A DNA stretch of 64,000 nucleotides. It comes from Candidatus Campbellbacteria bacterium. GTDB taxonomy: Bacteria > Patescibacteriota > Minisyncoccia > Phycocordibacterales > EsbW-18. Below, piece after piece: positions 36,344 to 46,601 of the stretch. The notes under the pieces are model-generated. The model saw nothing but the letters and a program-made list of their open reading frames with translations. It had not been told where the DNA came from and did not search any database. The DNA is taken from positions 59,846-123,845 of the forward strand of contig BTUR01000001.1 in NCBI GenBank assembly GCA_045863475.1. The letters are read 5' to 3'. The number at the start of each line of letters is the position of its first letter. Position 1 is the first letter of the stretch. The position numbers and the translations under genes were made by a program.

Positions 36344-38884
36344 TTACGCCGTTGGCGCTATCTTCCACTCACCACTTTCAAGCAAGCTTTCGGCTTTTTT
36401 GTATTTCATCTGTTTGGTTTCCTTGCCGTTGGTGACGGTCACGAGATCATTGCGGCCGATTTTGTCGTGCGCGACCGCCGGCACCGGTGCACCCGCAGCA
36501 GATGTGTCACCGCCGATCATTTGCAATTTCGCGCGCTCGCGACGCAAGTTCTCTTCTTCCTTGGCGAATGCACCGGCACCCACTTGTGGCAGCATTGAGA
36601 GAATGTTCGCACGCACCGCCTCCTGCATGGAGCGGAACGCACGGATGCCTTCTTTTTGGTATTCAACGAGCGGGTCACGCTGGCCGTACGCACGGAGATT
36701 GACGCTGCTGCGCGCATAATCCATCAGCTCGAGGTGGTCAATCCACATGATATCAATGGTCTGCAGCATGAGCCGGCGAACCGCTTCAAAAAACGCCTCA
36801 TCGCCGAGTGCGGTGCGCTTTTCTTGTATGAGTGCGTGCGTTGCTTCGTCGTCGCCGACCGCTTCAAGGAGTTCTCGCTCAATGTCCTCGTGCGTTCCGA
36901 GCACCAGTGCGCGTCGGTTGCTGTACACGGATGAGCGCTGTGTGTTCATGACGTCGTCGAATTCCAACACGTGCTTACGCACATCAAAGTTAAGACCCTC
37001 AATCTTCTTTTGTGCGCTTTCAAGCGACTTGTTGATGAATCTGTTTTCAATCGGCACATCTTCAGGGATGCCGAAACGGCCCATCATGCGCTTCACCACA
37101 TCTGAAGCGAACACGCGCATGAGCGAATCCTCAAGCGAAACGAAAAATTGCGTCTCGCCCGGGTCTCCCTGACGACCGGAACGGCCGCGAAGCTGATCGT
37201 CAATGCGTCGCGCTTCGTGACGTTCGGTTCCGAGCACGAACAATCCTCCCAAAGACTTTATCTCTTCGTGTTCCTCAGGTGTTGCCTTCACGCCGCCGAG
37301 TTTGATGTCGACACCGCGACCGGCCATGTTTGTCGCAACCGTTACCGATCCTTTCTTTCCCGCCTGTGCGATAACTTCACCTTCCTGCTCGTGCATCTTT
37401 GCGTTGAGCACGGTGTGCGGAATACCCTCGCGCTGTAAATGCATGGAGAGCATCTCGTTTTTCTCAACAGACACCGTACCAATCAAGACCGGCTGACCTT
37501 TGTCGTGCGCCTCTTTCACGCGCTTTGCTATCGCTTCAAATTTTCCTTTCTCGGTCTGATAGATGAAATCGTTTCGGTCGACACGTGCAGACGGCCGATG
37601 CGTCGGGACGGGAATAACCTGCAGTCCGTATACTTTGTAGAATTCTTCTTCGCTGGACAGCGCCGTTCCCGTCATGCCGGAGATCTTCTTGTACATACGG
37701 AAGAAGTTCTGGTAGGTGATGGAGGCAAGCGTTCGTGATTCTTCCTGAATGCGCGTGCCTTCTTTTGCTTCAATGGCTTGGTGCAAACCTTCAGACCAGC
37801 GTCTGCCCGGCTGAAGCCGTCCGGTGAACTCATCAACAATGACAACCTGTCCGTCACGCACGATGTACTCCTTGTCGCGTCGGTACAAGGCCTTTGCGCG
37901 TACGGCCGTTTCAAGGTGGTGCACGTAGCGGATACCCGCATCGGTGTAAATGTTCTCGATACCGAGCATTTTCTCGGCTTTTTCAATACCCTTGTCGGTC
38001 AACAGCACGGCATTTTTCTTTTCATCCACCTCGTAGTCCTCATCCGGCTGGAGTCGCGCCGCGATTTGGGCGAATGTTGTGTACAATTTCTCCCCTTCAC
38101 GCGTCGCGACCGAGATAATGAGCGGTGTGCGGGCCTCATCAATCAAAATAGAGTCGATTTCGTCGACAATGGCGAAGTTATGCCCGCCGTCCTCCGGCGT
38201 ACGCTGGGAAAGGTCCTCTTTGCGGTACACCGTGTTGTCCCGCAAGTAGTCGAATCCGAATTCACTGTTTGTTCCGTAGGTAATGTCGGCACCGTACGCT
38301 TCTTTTTTCTCGCACGGACGCAAAAATTCGTATATAACTTTGAACGCAGCAACTTCATCGCGCTTTTGATCCGCTTCTGAATGCGCCGGGTCATACAAAA
38401 ACGACTGTCGCTGACTGTTAACAACACCCACCGTTAGTCCGAGCGCCGCGTACACTTGTCCCATCCATACCGCGTCACGTCGCGCAAGGTAATCGTTCAC
38501 CGTTACGATGTGCACACCGTGTCCGGTGAGTGCATTAAGGTATGCAGGAAGTGTTGCGACGAGCGTCTTTCCTTCTCCGGTTCGCATCTCGGCAATTGCA
38601 CTTTGATGCAAAATCATACCGCCGATGAGCTGCACGTCGTAGTGGCGTTGTTTGAGTGTTCGCTTCGCCGCTTCGCGTACGCACGCAAACGCTTCTGGCA
38701 ACACGTCATCGAGCGTCTCGCCGGAGGCCAAACGCTTCTTGAATTCTTGCGTCTTGTCGCGCAACTCCCCATCCGAGAGTTTTTCAATAGTCGGTTCCAG
38801 GGCGTTTATCTCATCCACCTTGGCGCGCAGTTTCGCAACCGCTCTTGAAGCATCATCTCCGAAAATCTTCTTTAAAAAATCCAT
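36344..38884 (-). CDS. secA: Preprotein translocase ATPase SecA
   Basis: Full-length SecA motor domains, DEAD-like Walker motifs. Confidence 0.95.
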   Translation of the reverse strand: MDFLKKIFGDDASRAVAKLRAKVDEINALEPTIEKLSDGELRDKTQEFKKRLASGETLDDVLPEAFACVREAAKRTLKQRHYDVQLIGGMILHQSAIAEMRTGEGKTLVATLPAYLNALTGHGVHIVTVNDYLARRDAVWMGQVYAALGLTVGVVNSQRQSFLYDPAHSEADQKRDEVAAFKVIYEFLRPCEKKEAYGADITYGTNSEFGFDYLRDNTVYRKEDLSQRTPEDGGHNFAIVDEIDSILIDEARTPLIISVATREGEKLYTTFAQIAARLQPDEDYEVDEKKNAVLLTDKGIEKAEKMLGIENIYTDAGIRYVHHLETAVRAKALYRRDKEYIVRDGQVVIVDEFTGRLQPGRRWSEGLHQAIEAKEGTRIQEESRTLASITYQNFFRMYKKISGMTGTALSSEEEFYKVYGLQVIPVPTHRPSARVDRNDFIYQTEKGKFEAIAKRVKEAHDKGQPVLIGTVSVEKNEMLSMHLQREGIPHTVLNAKMHEQEGEVIAQAGKKGSVTVATNMAGRGVDIKLGGVKATPEEHEEIKSLGGLFVLGTERHEARRIDDQLRGRSGRQGDPGETQFFVSLEDSLMRVFASDVVKRMMGRFGIPEDVPIENRFINKSLESAQKKIEGLNFDVRKHVLEFDDVMNTQRSSVYSNRRALVLGTHEDIERELLEAVGDDEATHALIQEKRTALGDEAFFEAVRRLMLQTIDIMWIDHLELMDYARSSVNLRAYGQRDPLVEYQKEGIRAFRSMQEAVRANILSMLPQVGAGAFAKEEENLRRERAKLQMIGGDTSAAGAPVPAVAHDKIGRNDLVTVTNGKETKQMKYKKAESLLESGEWKIAPTA

Positions 38885-38899
38885 ATTTTAAGGGCTACG

Positions 38900-39060
38900 A
38901 AGGCAATTGTAACACAAATCCCGCCTTTCGGCGGGCGCGTAGTAAAAAGCGTATAAACACAAAACCCGCCAGAGGGGCAACGGGCGCCTTTGGCGCCCGT
39001 ATATTAAAAAGTGTGTAAACAAAAAATCCCCTGAGGGGATTTTTTGTATGTGGGACAAAG
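38900..39060. repeat. Three tandem repeat units, each GT(A/G)TAAACA-A-rich spacer + GC hairpin (cccgcctttcggcggg; gggcgcctttggcgccc; aaaaatcccctgaggggattttt), the last a bidirectional terminator
   Basis: Hairpins and repeated gtaacacaaa/gtataaacacaaaa/gtgtaaacaaaaaa leaders read directly. Confidence 0.55.
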
Positions 39061-39068
39061 CGGGGCGC

Positions 39069-39173
39069 TTACGCGCGACGTCGCTTCGTCGTCTTCTTGG
39101 CTGCGCGCTTCGTTGTTCGCTTCTTTGCCTTTTTTGCAACCTTGCGCTTCTTAGCTGCTTTCTTTTTTGCCAT
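39069..39173 (-). CDS. Possible 34-aa Lys/Arg-rich peptide (MAKKKAAKKRKVAKKAKKRTTKRAAKKTTKRRRA)
   Basis: ATG..TAA ORF below the 60-aa track cutoff; followed by the hairpin array; no clear RBS. Confidence 0.25.
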   Translation of the reverse strand: MAKKKAAKKRKVAKKAKKRTTKRAAKKTTKRRRA

Positions 39174-39339
39174 ATGTTTGTCGTGGTACCACGACTAAGT
39201 AGTGTTTGGTAATGTCGACCAACACGAACACACAACTAAATGTGTGTATGTTCTATATAAAGTATCGGACAAGTACGAACACAACACAATGATTTTTAAG
39301 GAAAAATGTGGATAACTTTTTCGTTGCGTGCAGAATGAC

Positions 39340-40389
39340 TCAGGTAAGCATCTGCGCTTCTCTTTCAATAACAATGTTCGTCGCGTCATGCACGCGTGTT
39401 TCAATTTTTTTTGCAAACGCGTCGACTTCCGCAGCTGTTGCACCTGCACGCGCACACAACACAAGCGGCTGTGTCGGAAAACAAAACACGTTTCCCTCAG
39501 CAGCTCCGTTAAGGTGCAGTACGGTATCCAGCACCCACGCCAAAAGCACCTTCACGCGTCCATCCCCCACCGGAAACCCTTTGATGCCAGGGTATTTCAT
39601 TTCTAAAGAAGCAAACTGCTCGGCCGAGAGTATCGGATTCTTAAAAAACGAGCCTGCGGTCCCTACCGTGCGCGGGTCCGGAAGCTTCCGCTCCCGAACC
39701 GAACGCACTGCGGTGCGCACCGCATCGGCGTCAGACGGCACTACTCCCCCGAAGTACGCTTCAATGTCTTTATATGCAGTGTTCGGTACAAACGTTTTTG
39801 AAAGTCGAAACGCAACACGTGTCACGACATACCGTTTTCCCTCAAGCGTTTTGAAAAAACTGTCCCGATATCCGAACGCACAGGCAGTGTTTGGAAATAT
39901 TTTTATCTCACGCGTATCCAACGAAATCGTTTCCACCCATTCAATTGTATCTTTCACTTCCGCGCCATACGCGCCGATGTTTTGTATCGGTGACGCACCG
40001 ACGGTTCCCGGTATGCCGGAGAGATTTTCAAGTCCGAATGCTCCATGTGCAATCGTGTCTGCAACAAACGTATCCCAGTCAACACCCGCACCCGCAATTG
40101 CACGCACCGCGTCATCTTGATCTTCGTACACAATACCCGGAATGCATATGCGAATGACAACGCCGCGCACGCCACGGTCACCGACGAGTATGTTGGAACC
40201 ACCGCCGATAATTGTTATCCGACCGTCTTGGTGGTGCGCGATGATGTCTGCCAACTCATCCGTGTTTTTCGCTTCATAAAAAATATCGGCGGGACCGCCG
40301 ATATGGAACGTGGTGTACGGAGCGAGCGCAACATTTGGGGTTCCCCCGTTAGAGATTGCCCATTCCGAATTCTTTTCAAAAATTGTCAT
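39340..40389 (-). CDS. murB: UDP-N-acetylenolpyruvoylglucosamine reductase
   Basis: FAD-binding PCMH domain motifs (TTFHIGGPA, IIGGGSNIL) and MurB C-terminal domain; start set at MTIFEK. Confidence 0.9.
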   Translation of the reverse strand: MTIFEKNSEWAISNGGTPNVALAPYTTFHIGGPADIFYEAKNTDELADIIAHHQDGRITIIGGGSNILVGDRGVRGVVIRICIPGIVYEDQDDAVRAIAGAGVDWDTFVADTIAHGAFGLENLSGIPGTVGASPIQNIGAYGAEVKDTIEWVETISLDTREIKIFPNTACAFGYRDSFFKTLEGKRYVVTRVAFRLSKTFVPNTAYKDIEAYFGGVVPSDADAVRTAVRSVRERKLPDPRTVGTAGSFFKNPILSAEQFASLEMKYPGIKGFPVGDGRVKVLLAWVLDTVLHLNGAAEGNVFCFPTQPLVLCARAGATAAEVDAFAKKIETRVHDATNIVIEREAQMLT

Positions 40390-40424
40390 ATCGATTCTGA
40401 TATATACATATCGAAGCAAAAATT

Positions 40425-40620
40425 AAGAACGGAAACGCATAGCGTTTCCTGTCTCTAACGGGGTTCCGTTCATACATGACCGGCGGGTGCGAAGCTCCAA
40501 TGAAATGTTCTATGTGAGTGCAGCCGCCGGCCATGCATAAAAAGAAACAATTCTATTGTACGTGCGACACAAAGTGAGTGCAACGGAAAAAACAAAGAGG
40601 CCTCGCCACCGATTTGGCGG
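40425..40620. other. Hairpin-dense intergenic region (ggaaacgcatagcgtttcc; ccggcggg...cccgccgg; gaggcct..ggcctc) ending in a minus-strand terminator
   Basis: Multiple perfect stems; minus strand reads ggaggccttgccgcc aaatc ggtggcgaggcctc tttgttttttcc. Confidence 0.35.
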
Positions 40621-40651
40621 CAAGGCCTCCGGAAATCTCAGGTTTGTCCTA

Positions 40652-41137
40652 CTACTCCGTTGCCTCTTCTATGATGACCTCAGACGCGGGCGGGAGTTGT
40701 TGTTCCGCTTGTGCCGGCTGTTGCTGTGCTTCGCCTTGGTTTTTCAGCGACTCCTCGTACTGCTTAATGGTTGCGATTACCTGCGAGTCAGCGCGTAGTG
40801 GTTGGATAAGCAGGATATGATCACGGTTGATGTGCATCTCGTCACGAGGGCCGTGCAGCTCAGACCCGCTCTTCTGCAACACAAATCCGGCCTGTCCCGC
40901 GTTCTCCACCTGTTGTAGGTAATACACGTTCTTCAGTACGACGTAGTCATAGCTCAGTGAGCCAACCTTTCCGAAAAAGACCTGGTTCGTATCAAGAAAA
41001 GCCGCGACGTATGTGGAGTTACCCAAAAGTGCGCTGTTGGTGTCGAGTGTTGAACGGTAGGTGTACCAGACCAGGCCGCCGAAAAAGCCGCCGAGGATGA
41101 TACCGAGTAAAATTGAGAGCCCTGATGGTTTACGCAT
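40652..41137 (-). CDS. Hypothetical membrane-anchored protein with Gln-rich acidic C-terminus
   Basis: Start chosen at MRKPSGLSILLGIILGGFFGG (TM helix); upstream part of track ORF discarded. Confidence 0.45.
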   Translation of the reverse strand: MRKPSGLSILLGIILGGFFGGLVWYTYRSTLDTNSALLGNSTYVAAFLDTNQVFFGKVGSLSYDYVVLKNVYYLQQVENAGQAGFVLQKSGSELHGPRDEMHINRDHILLIQPLRADSQVIATIKQYEESLKNQGEAQQQPAQAEQQLPPASEVIIEEATE

Positions 41138-41326
41138 AGTAGATAAAATTAAAAAACCCGTATGCATACAGTATATACGAGAGTGAGAGCGCACCAAAAG
41201 GAGTTGTGTACAATGTCTTTCCGGAAACGAAAACACCGCGCGGAGCGCGGAGCTTTCGTAGAACATCTGTGTAGTAGCTTAACACGCCACTGCACTCACG
41301 GGGGACATCATATCACAAAACGTTTT

Positions 41327-43594
41327 TTATTGCAACTCCCCCGAAGTTGAGGTGCCCGGTCCTTGGATTTGAATCTCTCTGCCAGACTGAACGGCGGCTT
41401 TCAATTCTGTTGCTTGTTGTGCGTACTCCGGAACAAATGCCGCGAGATCATCGGTCAGAACGAGCGCTTCCGTCTTCCTTCCCGCATTCGCCAAGTCGCG
41501 AATACCGATAAGATATTCATCTTTTGTTGCGTTAATGCGTCGCAGCTGTACTCGTTCCACTTCAAACGCGGTGATACGCGATGCCTCGGTATACGAGACG
41601 GGTGTTTTGTAGAGTGCCAGTGAAACCGGCCTGTCTCCAAGCAACCCTTCGGAGAACTGCATGAGCACCGTTTCAGCATCTGCGCGTTTTCCATGGAGGA
41701 ACAACGAAGCTACGTATCGCGTTGCTGCATCAGCACTCTCAGGGGCACTCTCCCAATATCGTTTAAAGATATCTTCTGACTCGGTTTTCTTACCTAAAAG
41801 TTCCAGCACAACACCGTACTCGGCAAGGAAAATCTGTCGGTGCGGGTTAACTTCAAAAAGCTCCGCAAACAGTCGTTCTGATTCCACGAGATTTCCCGTG
41901 CGTGCGTGGAAGACGGCAAGAAAGTACTTCGGACGCGTATTCAAGGGGTCTTCTGCAACACCCTGTTCCAGCTCTGCAAGCGTGCGCTCCAAATACTGTC
42001 GCTTGACCTCATTGGTTACCGTCGGATTATCAGTCGCAGCAACGGTAAATGCGAGCCGGTTCAATTGATACCGCGCTTCGTCATCAGCGACCGGATCCGC
42101 GATTGCATCGTTAAACATCTCCAGAGGCTCGGTGAGACTTCCTTTCTGCAGGGCAAGGACAGCGCCAATAATATTTTTGGATGCGCGGATGTGCGGAATG
42201 GTTGTCATGTACACGAGTACCAGTATCAGAAGTAACACTCCGCCGACAATGGTGTTTCTCAGCGACGAATCGGCAAACACCCCGTCGTTTTGTTGCCGTG
42301 TATTCTGTGCAACAGCAGACGCTTCCCCGCCTAAGCGCACGTACGTCGACGCTATGAATCCCAAAAATAAGAAGAAGAAAATATAGCTGATAAGATTGTC
42401 GAATACGAAGAGGTTGTGGACGAAGTAACCGGCAAGCAGCCCCGTTCCCAAGCTCCGCTCAGGCACAGAGAGCTGCGCCGACTTTCTCCAGAGAATATAG
42501 AGTGCAACGCCAAAAAGCGAGAGGTACGCGAGTAAGCCGACAACACCCGCGGCAATGAGCCAGTCCAAAAATACGTTGTGTGCCCGGTCATACCATGGCT
42601 CCTGCTGATACATCCGCGGATCGTAGTACTTACCGAACACAACGATAAAGTTGTCCTGCCCCCATCCCAAGATCGGACGCTCATAAAATCCCGGAAGCGC
42701 GACGCCATTCCACAGGATGAAGCGGGCTTCTCCGGAATCCGTGTAAATTGAAATATTTGCGAAACGGCTGAGAATCGGCCGTTCCTGCACGAACGACGAA
42801 TCTTTAAATGCGGTAAATACAGCCACGAGCGCAACGAGCGCCAGTATGACGCCGAGAGAAATTTTTCGCAGTCGCGGGTGCGCACCACCGCGCCACGCAA
42901 TCAGAAGTGCTGTGAGACCAAGACCGCCAAGAAGTCCGAGCATCGTACCGCGCGTACCGGTGTTGTAGAGCGCCGCGAATTGTAGAATAAGTGCAGTAAT
43001 ATAAAAAACGGCAGGTCCTTTTGAGCTGTGTTTCCGGTAGAGGAACCATAGCGTCAGGAACATGTGGAAAAGCATGTACACCGCGAGGTAAATCGCGTTT
43101 CCCATAGTTCCGTCAACGCGCACACCTGCTTGTGAAGGGTCAGAAACGCCGAACGCCTGCGCAAGTGCATAAAACGCCATAACGACGGATGCTGCGATAG
43201 ATGTATTCCAGAAAGCGCTCCATAAATTCTTTCGAGTCAAAACCGTTGAGCTCACAAGGAAAAATGCACAGAGATACAGAAACGTCACGAGTCCTTCCAT
43301 GCGCTCAAAGTTACTCCACAAACTGCGCTCAAAGTTCGCGCCGAAGATGTCTGCGACGGCAACAACACCGAAGAATGCGAGTACCGCCCAGAGCATTGGC
43401 GACTTCTTCGGCACATACGAGCGATCGAAAAACAAGAGTGCACACCACAATGCCAGACCGATACCGACAAGAATACGGAATGCAAAGGCTTTTCCGGTAA
43501 TAAACGGGAAATACATGGACCCCGTGACCAAAAACGGGATAAACGGAACAAGAAAGAGGGTACCGAGAATTCCCCACTCAAGATTTTTTTTCAT
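41327..43594 (-). CDS. O-antigen ligase/polymerase-like (Wzy_C) polytopic membrane protein with C-terminal TPR-like domain
   Basis: ~12 TM helices with large periplasmic loop followed by ~300-aa soluble helical-repeat domain. Confidence 0.6.
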   Translation of the reverse strand: MKKNLEWGILGTLFLVPFIPFLVTGSMYFPFITGKAFAFRILVGIGLALWCALLFFDRSYVPKKSPMLWAVLAFFGVVAVADIFGANFERSLWSNFERMEGLVTFLYLCAFFLVSSTVLTRKNLWSAFWNTSIAASVVMAFYALAQAFGVSDPSQAGVRVDGTMGNAIYLAVYMLFHMFLTLWFLYRKHSSKGPAVFYITALILQFAALYNTGTRGTMLGLLGGLGLTALLIAWRGGAHPRLRKISLGVILALVALVAVFTAFKDSSFVQERPILSRFANISIYTDSGEARFILWNGVALPGFYERPILGWGQDNFIVVFGKYYDPRMYQQEPWYDRAHNVFLDWLIAAGVVGLLAYLSLFGVALYILWRKSAQLSVPERSLGTGLLAGYFVHNLFVFDNLISYIFFFLFLGFIASTYVRLGGEASAVAQNTRQQNDGVFADSSLRNTIVGGVLLLILVLVYMTTIPHIRASKNIIGAVLALQKGSLTEPLEMFNDAIADPVADDEARYQLNRLAFTVAATDNPTVTNEVKRQYLERTLAELEQGVAEDPLNTRPKYFLAVFHARTGNLVESERLFAELFEVNPHRQIFLAEYGVVLELLGKKTESEDIFKRYWESAPESADAATRYVASLFLHGKRADAETVLMQFSEGLLGDRPVSLALYKTPVSYTEASRITAFEVERVQLRRINATKDEYLIGIRDLANAGRKTEALVLTDDLAAFVPEYAQQATELKAAVQSGREIQIQGPGTSTSGELQ

Positions 43595-43765
43595 CCCATT
43601 AGAAAGCAGGTCGCGGTCATCAGCCGATTTCGACACTGCAAGATTATCACTGAGTAATTGTCCTCCATTGAAATTACTGACCCCCGTATATTGCGACCGC
43701 GGCTTCTAACGGAATTCATATGAAAAACACTATACCACAGACAAAAAATCTACTGGAAAGCGGGA

Positions 43766-44485
43766 TTAATGCTTCTGTGCCCATACCGCGATTGCGGGAA
43801 ACAGAATTTCGCGTTCAGATTTGGGCATATGCAACAAGTACGGAGAGACATCAAATTCCCACTGCAAAACTCTTTCAGCAAGTGCTTTTTTTTCTTCTGT
43901 GTCGGCTATAAATGTCTTGAGAAACCGCTTGTGGTTAGGCATTTGATGATACGTCATGCGCGTCACCTGTGCTCCTTCTTGTTTAAGAATTTGCCTGACT
44001 TTTTCAGGATCGAGATAACACACGTATTTTTTCTCAGACAAAAGAAACGGGAGATTATTCCCCAAAAAAACCTGTAGGCGCTCCTTCAATGACGATGGCA
44101 GAAGCGAGTGTCCGAGGTCATAGCGATGAATAATGTATCCGCCGCTCTTTGTCAGCTGTACACTGTTTTTTAAGAATCGTTCAATCTGCTTTACATGCTC
44201 GAGAACGCTGAGGGACACGCAAAGATCAAACTGTGCTTCGTTACGTAGTGGTTCATATGCCAGTTGATTATAGATACGAACATTTGGAAAACGCGAGAGA
44301 AGTGCCCGTGCAGTATCGGCATCTTCTTTGCGCGGCTCAATACCGATGTACGAAAGTTTTGGAAACCGTTCAAGGAGCGGCAAAAAACTGCGCGACTGCC
44401 CACTACCCAGGTCGACGATACGCGTCGTCTCCCCAACTTCGAGTTCTCGTGCGATACGTTCGATAAAAAACTCTTTCGGCTGCAT
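43766..44485 (-). CDS. Class I SAM-dependent methyltransferase
   Basis: IVDLGSGQS glycine-rich motif I, IGIEP motif II. Confidence 0.7.
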   Translation of the reverse strand: MQPKEFFIERIARELEVGETTRIVDLGSGQSRSFLPLLERFPKLSYIGIEPRKEDADTARALLSRFPNVRIYNQLAYEPLRNEAQFDLCVSLSVLEHVKQIERFLKNSVQLTKSGGYIIHRYDLGHSLLPSSLKERLQVFLGNNLPFLLSEKKYVCYLDPEKVRQILKQEGAQVTRMTYHQMPNHKRFLKTFIADTEEKKALAERVLQWEFDVSPYLLHMPKSEREILFPAIAVWAQKH

Positions 44486-44545
44486 GATATTCGTACTATA
44501 TCATGGCAAGCAAAAAGTGCTCTCGTACGGTACACTAATGGTCGT

Positions 44546-45793
44546 ATGGAACAGATAAAACACCGTCTTATCGGCGCATTGCGTTGGAGCGAAAAATACA
44601 CGAAGACCGACATGGTGTATCTCGTTGGTAATAGTTTCTGGCTCACGGTAGGACAGGGCATCTCCTCTCTAGCATCCCTCGCGCTAATAATTGCGTTTGC
44701 TAACCTTCTCCCAAAAGAAACTTACGGGACTTACAAGTTTGTTCTCTCGGTGGCAAGTGTTCTTTCCGTGCTGACCTTGCCAAGAATGAACACCGCAATC
44801 ACACAGGCCGTTGCACGCGGGTATGAAGGTTCTCTTTTTGTTGGCACAAAAAAACGCGTTATTTGGGGTACGTTCGGTGCTATCGTCTCCTTTTTTGTTT
44901 CCCTTTATTATTTTCTGCAAGGCAACACTGAAATTGCAATTGCACTACTTCTTGCCGCAGCATTTCTTCCCATATTTGATACATTCGGCACCTGGAATGC
45001 ATATCTCCAAGGAAAACAGGATTTTAAATCCGGGGTGATTTATACCACAGTTGTGCACATTGCTTCTGTTACCATACTGTTTCTAACTATTCTTGCCACT
45101 GACAGTCTTCTTGCGATTGTTTTTATCTACTTTCTTTCATATACGCTACTACGCGCTTTCTTTTTCTATCTCACAGTCAAAAAATATACGCCAAATACCC
45201 TGATTGATCCGAGTACGTATTCCTACGGGAAACACCTGACGGCGATGACAGTTTTGAGCACTATCGTTGGACAATTGGACAAAATACTTCTCTTTCATTT
45301 TTTGGGAGCAGCCCAAGTTGCAACATACTCAATCGCCCTGGTTGTACCAGAACAAGTTCAGGGTATGCTTAGAAATGTCGGGGTGGTTGCATTTCCAAAG
45401 TTTGCTTCACAAAGTTTTGAGGATATAAAAAGAAATCTCTCCTTCCGGCTTGCACAATATGGTCTCTTCATAACTATTCTGACCATCCTTTATGTTTTTT
45501 TGGCACCGTTTTTATTTTCTCTTCTTTTTCCCGGATACAGTGACGGCATCCTGCTCTCGCAAATAGTTTCGCTGTCCCTTATTACCGCCTTGGTTGGGCC
45601 TGCCGTAGCAGCCCTAGAAGCTCAACAGAAAAAACAGCAACTCTACATGCTTCGAACCCTCTTTCCTGTTATAGGCATCGTTCTTTTTCTTGCCCTTGTA
45701 CCCACTTTTGGGATTTTAGGAGCAACACTTGCGTTTACTACCCTAAACTTCTCAAAACTCATCCTCTCACTCTTCTTTCTCTATAGGACATAA
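44546..45793 (+). CDS. Polysaccharide biosynthesis flippase (Wzx/MOP-family)
   Basis: ~12 TM helices, Polysacc_synt-like pattern; start trimmed to MEQIKHRL. Confidence 0.7.
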   Translation: MEQIKHRLIGALRWSEKYTKTDMVYLVGNSFWLTVGQGISSLASLALIIAFANLLPKETYGTYKFVLSVASVLSVLTLPRMNTAITQAVARGYEGSLFVGTKKRVIWGTFGAIVSFFVSLYYFLQGNTEIAIALLLAAAFLPIFDTFGTWNAYLQGKQDFKSGVIYTTVVHIASVTILFLTILATDSLLAIVFIYFLSYTLLRAFFFYLTVKKYTPNTLIDPSTYSYGKHLTAMTVLSTIVGQLDKILLFHFLGAAQVATYSIALVVPEQVQGMLRNVGVVAFPKFASQSFEDIKRNLSFRLAQYGLFITILTILYVFLAPFLFSLLFPGYSDGILLSQIVSLSLITALVGPAVAALEAQQKKQQLYMLRTLFPVIGIVLFLALVPTFGILGATLAFTTLNFSKLILSLFFLYRT

Positions 45794-45932
45794 CTTCCAC
45801 CTAAAATAAGTTGTCTGTACAAGTAAAGCTTTAAAAAACGAAACCAGGGTAGAAACCGCCTGTTCTAAAAGAGGAAAGTGGGTTACATTAGTATGGTTCC
45901 CATTAAAACGACGCCAATAGCAACTACACAAC

Positions 45933-46601
45933 ATGCAGAACAACACTCATTTCAGCAAAAAAAATAAAGACTATGAAGCTTACTGGAAGGACAGAATCGG
46001 AAGAAACAGAACTTACATAACACCGATTCATCGAAAAATTTTGGAGTTGGTCTCGAAAATAGCGAAGCCGGGTAGTGCCGTCCTTGATTTGGGGGTTGGT
46101 CCCGGCCACGTGTTTAGAGAATTACAAAAAGACTACAAAGTATACGGGGCGGAAATCTCTACCACAGTATTTGATCTTTATGACTTTCCCACCGAAAACA
46201 TCAAACATGTTGACTTGGAAAAAGAGATGCCCGCGTTTGATGGAAACCCAAACTTCTCCGTGATTATCGCAAGCCACATCATCCACCATTTTGATGATCC
46301 GCTGGCTTTCCTGCGTCGGGTTAAAGAAAAAATGGATAGCAACACTCGCCTCTTGGTGGCCACACCCAATACTGTATTTATAAACTACAGAATAAAATAC
46401 CTCCTTCTTGCTCAGTTTCCTGATCTTAGTCGTGCCCACGTCAACTACCTGACTCCACGTGAATATAGAAAATTATTCGAAGAGGCAGGTCTAGAAATTG
46501 AAACATTTGCAGGAATTAAGCATTACCCCCTCCTAGTTTTAAGCACAATCTTTCCCTCCCTGTTCTCACAAACACTATTCTTTGTTGTTAAAAAGGTCTA
46601 A
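45933..46601 (+). CDS. Class I SAM-dependent methyltransferase (AT-rich gene)
   Basis: VLDLGVGPGHV motif I, acidic motif II YGAEIS. Confidence 0.7.
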   Translation: MQNNTHFSKKNKDYEAYWKDRIGRNRTYITPIHRKILELVSKIAKPGSAVLDLGVGPGHVFRELQKDYKVYGAEISTTVFDLYDFPTENIKHVDLEKEMPAFDGNPNFSVIIASHIIHHFDDPLAFLRRVKEKMDSNTRLLVATPNTVFINYRIKYLLLAQFPDLSRAHVNYLTPREYRKLFEEAGLEIETFAGIKHYPLLVLSTIFPSLFSQTLFFVVKKV

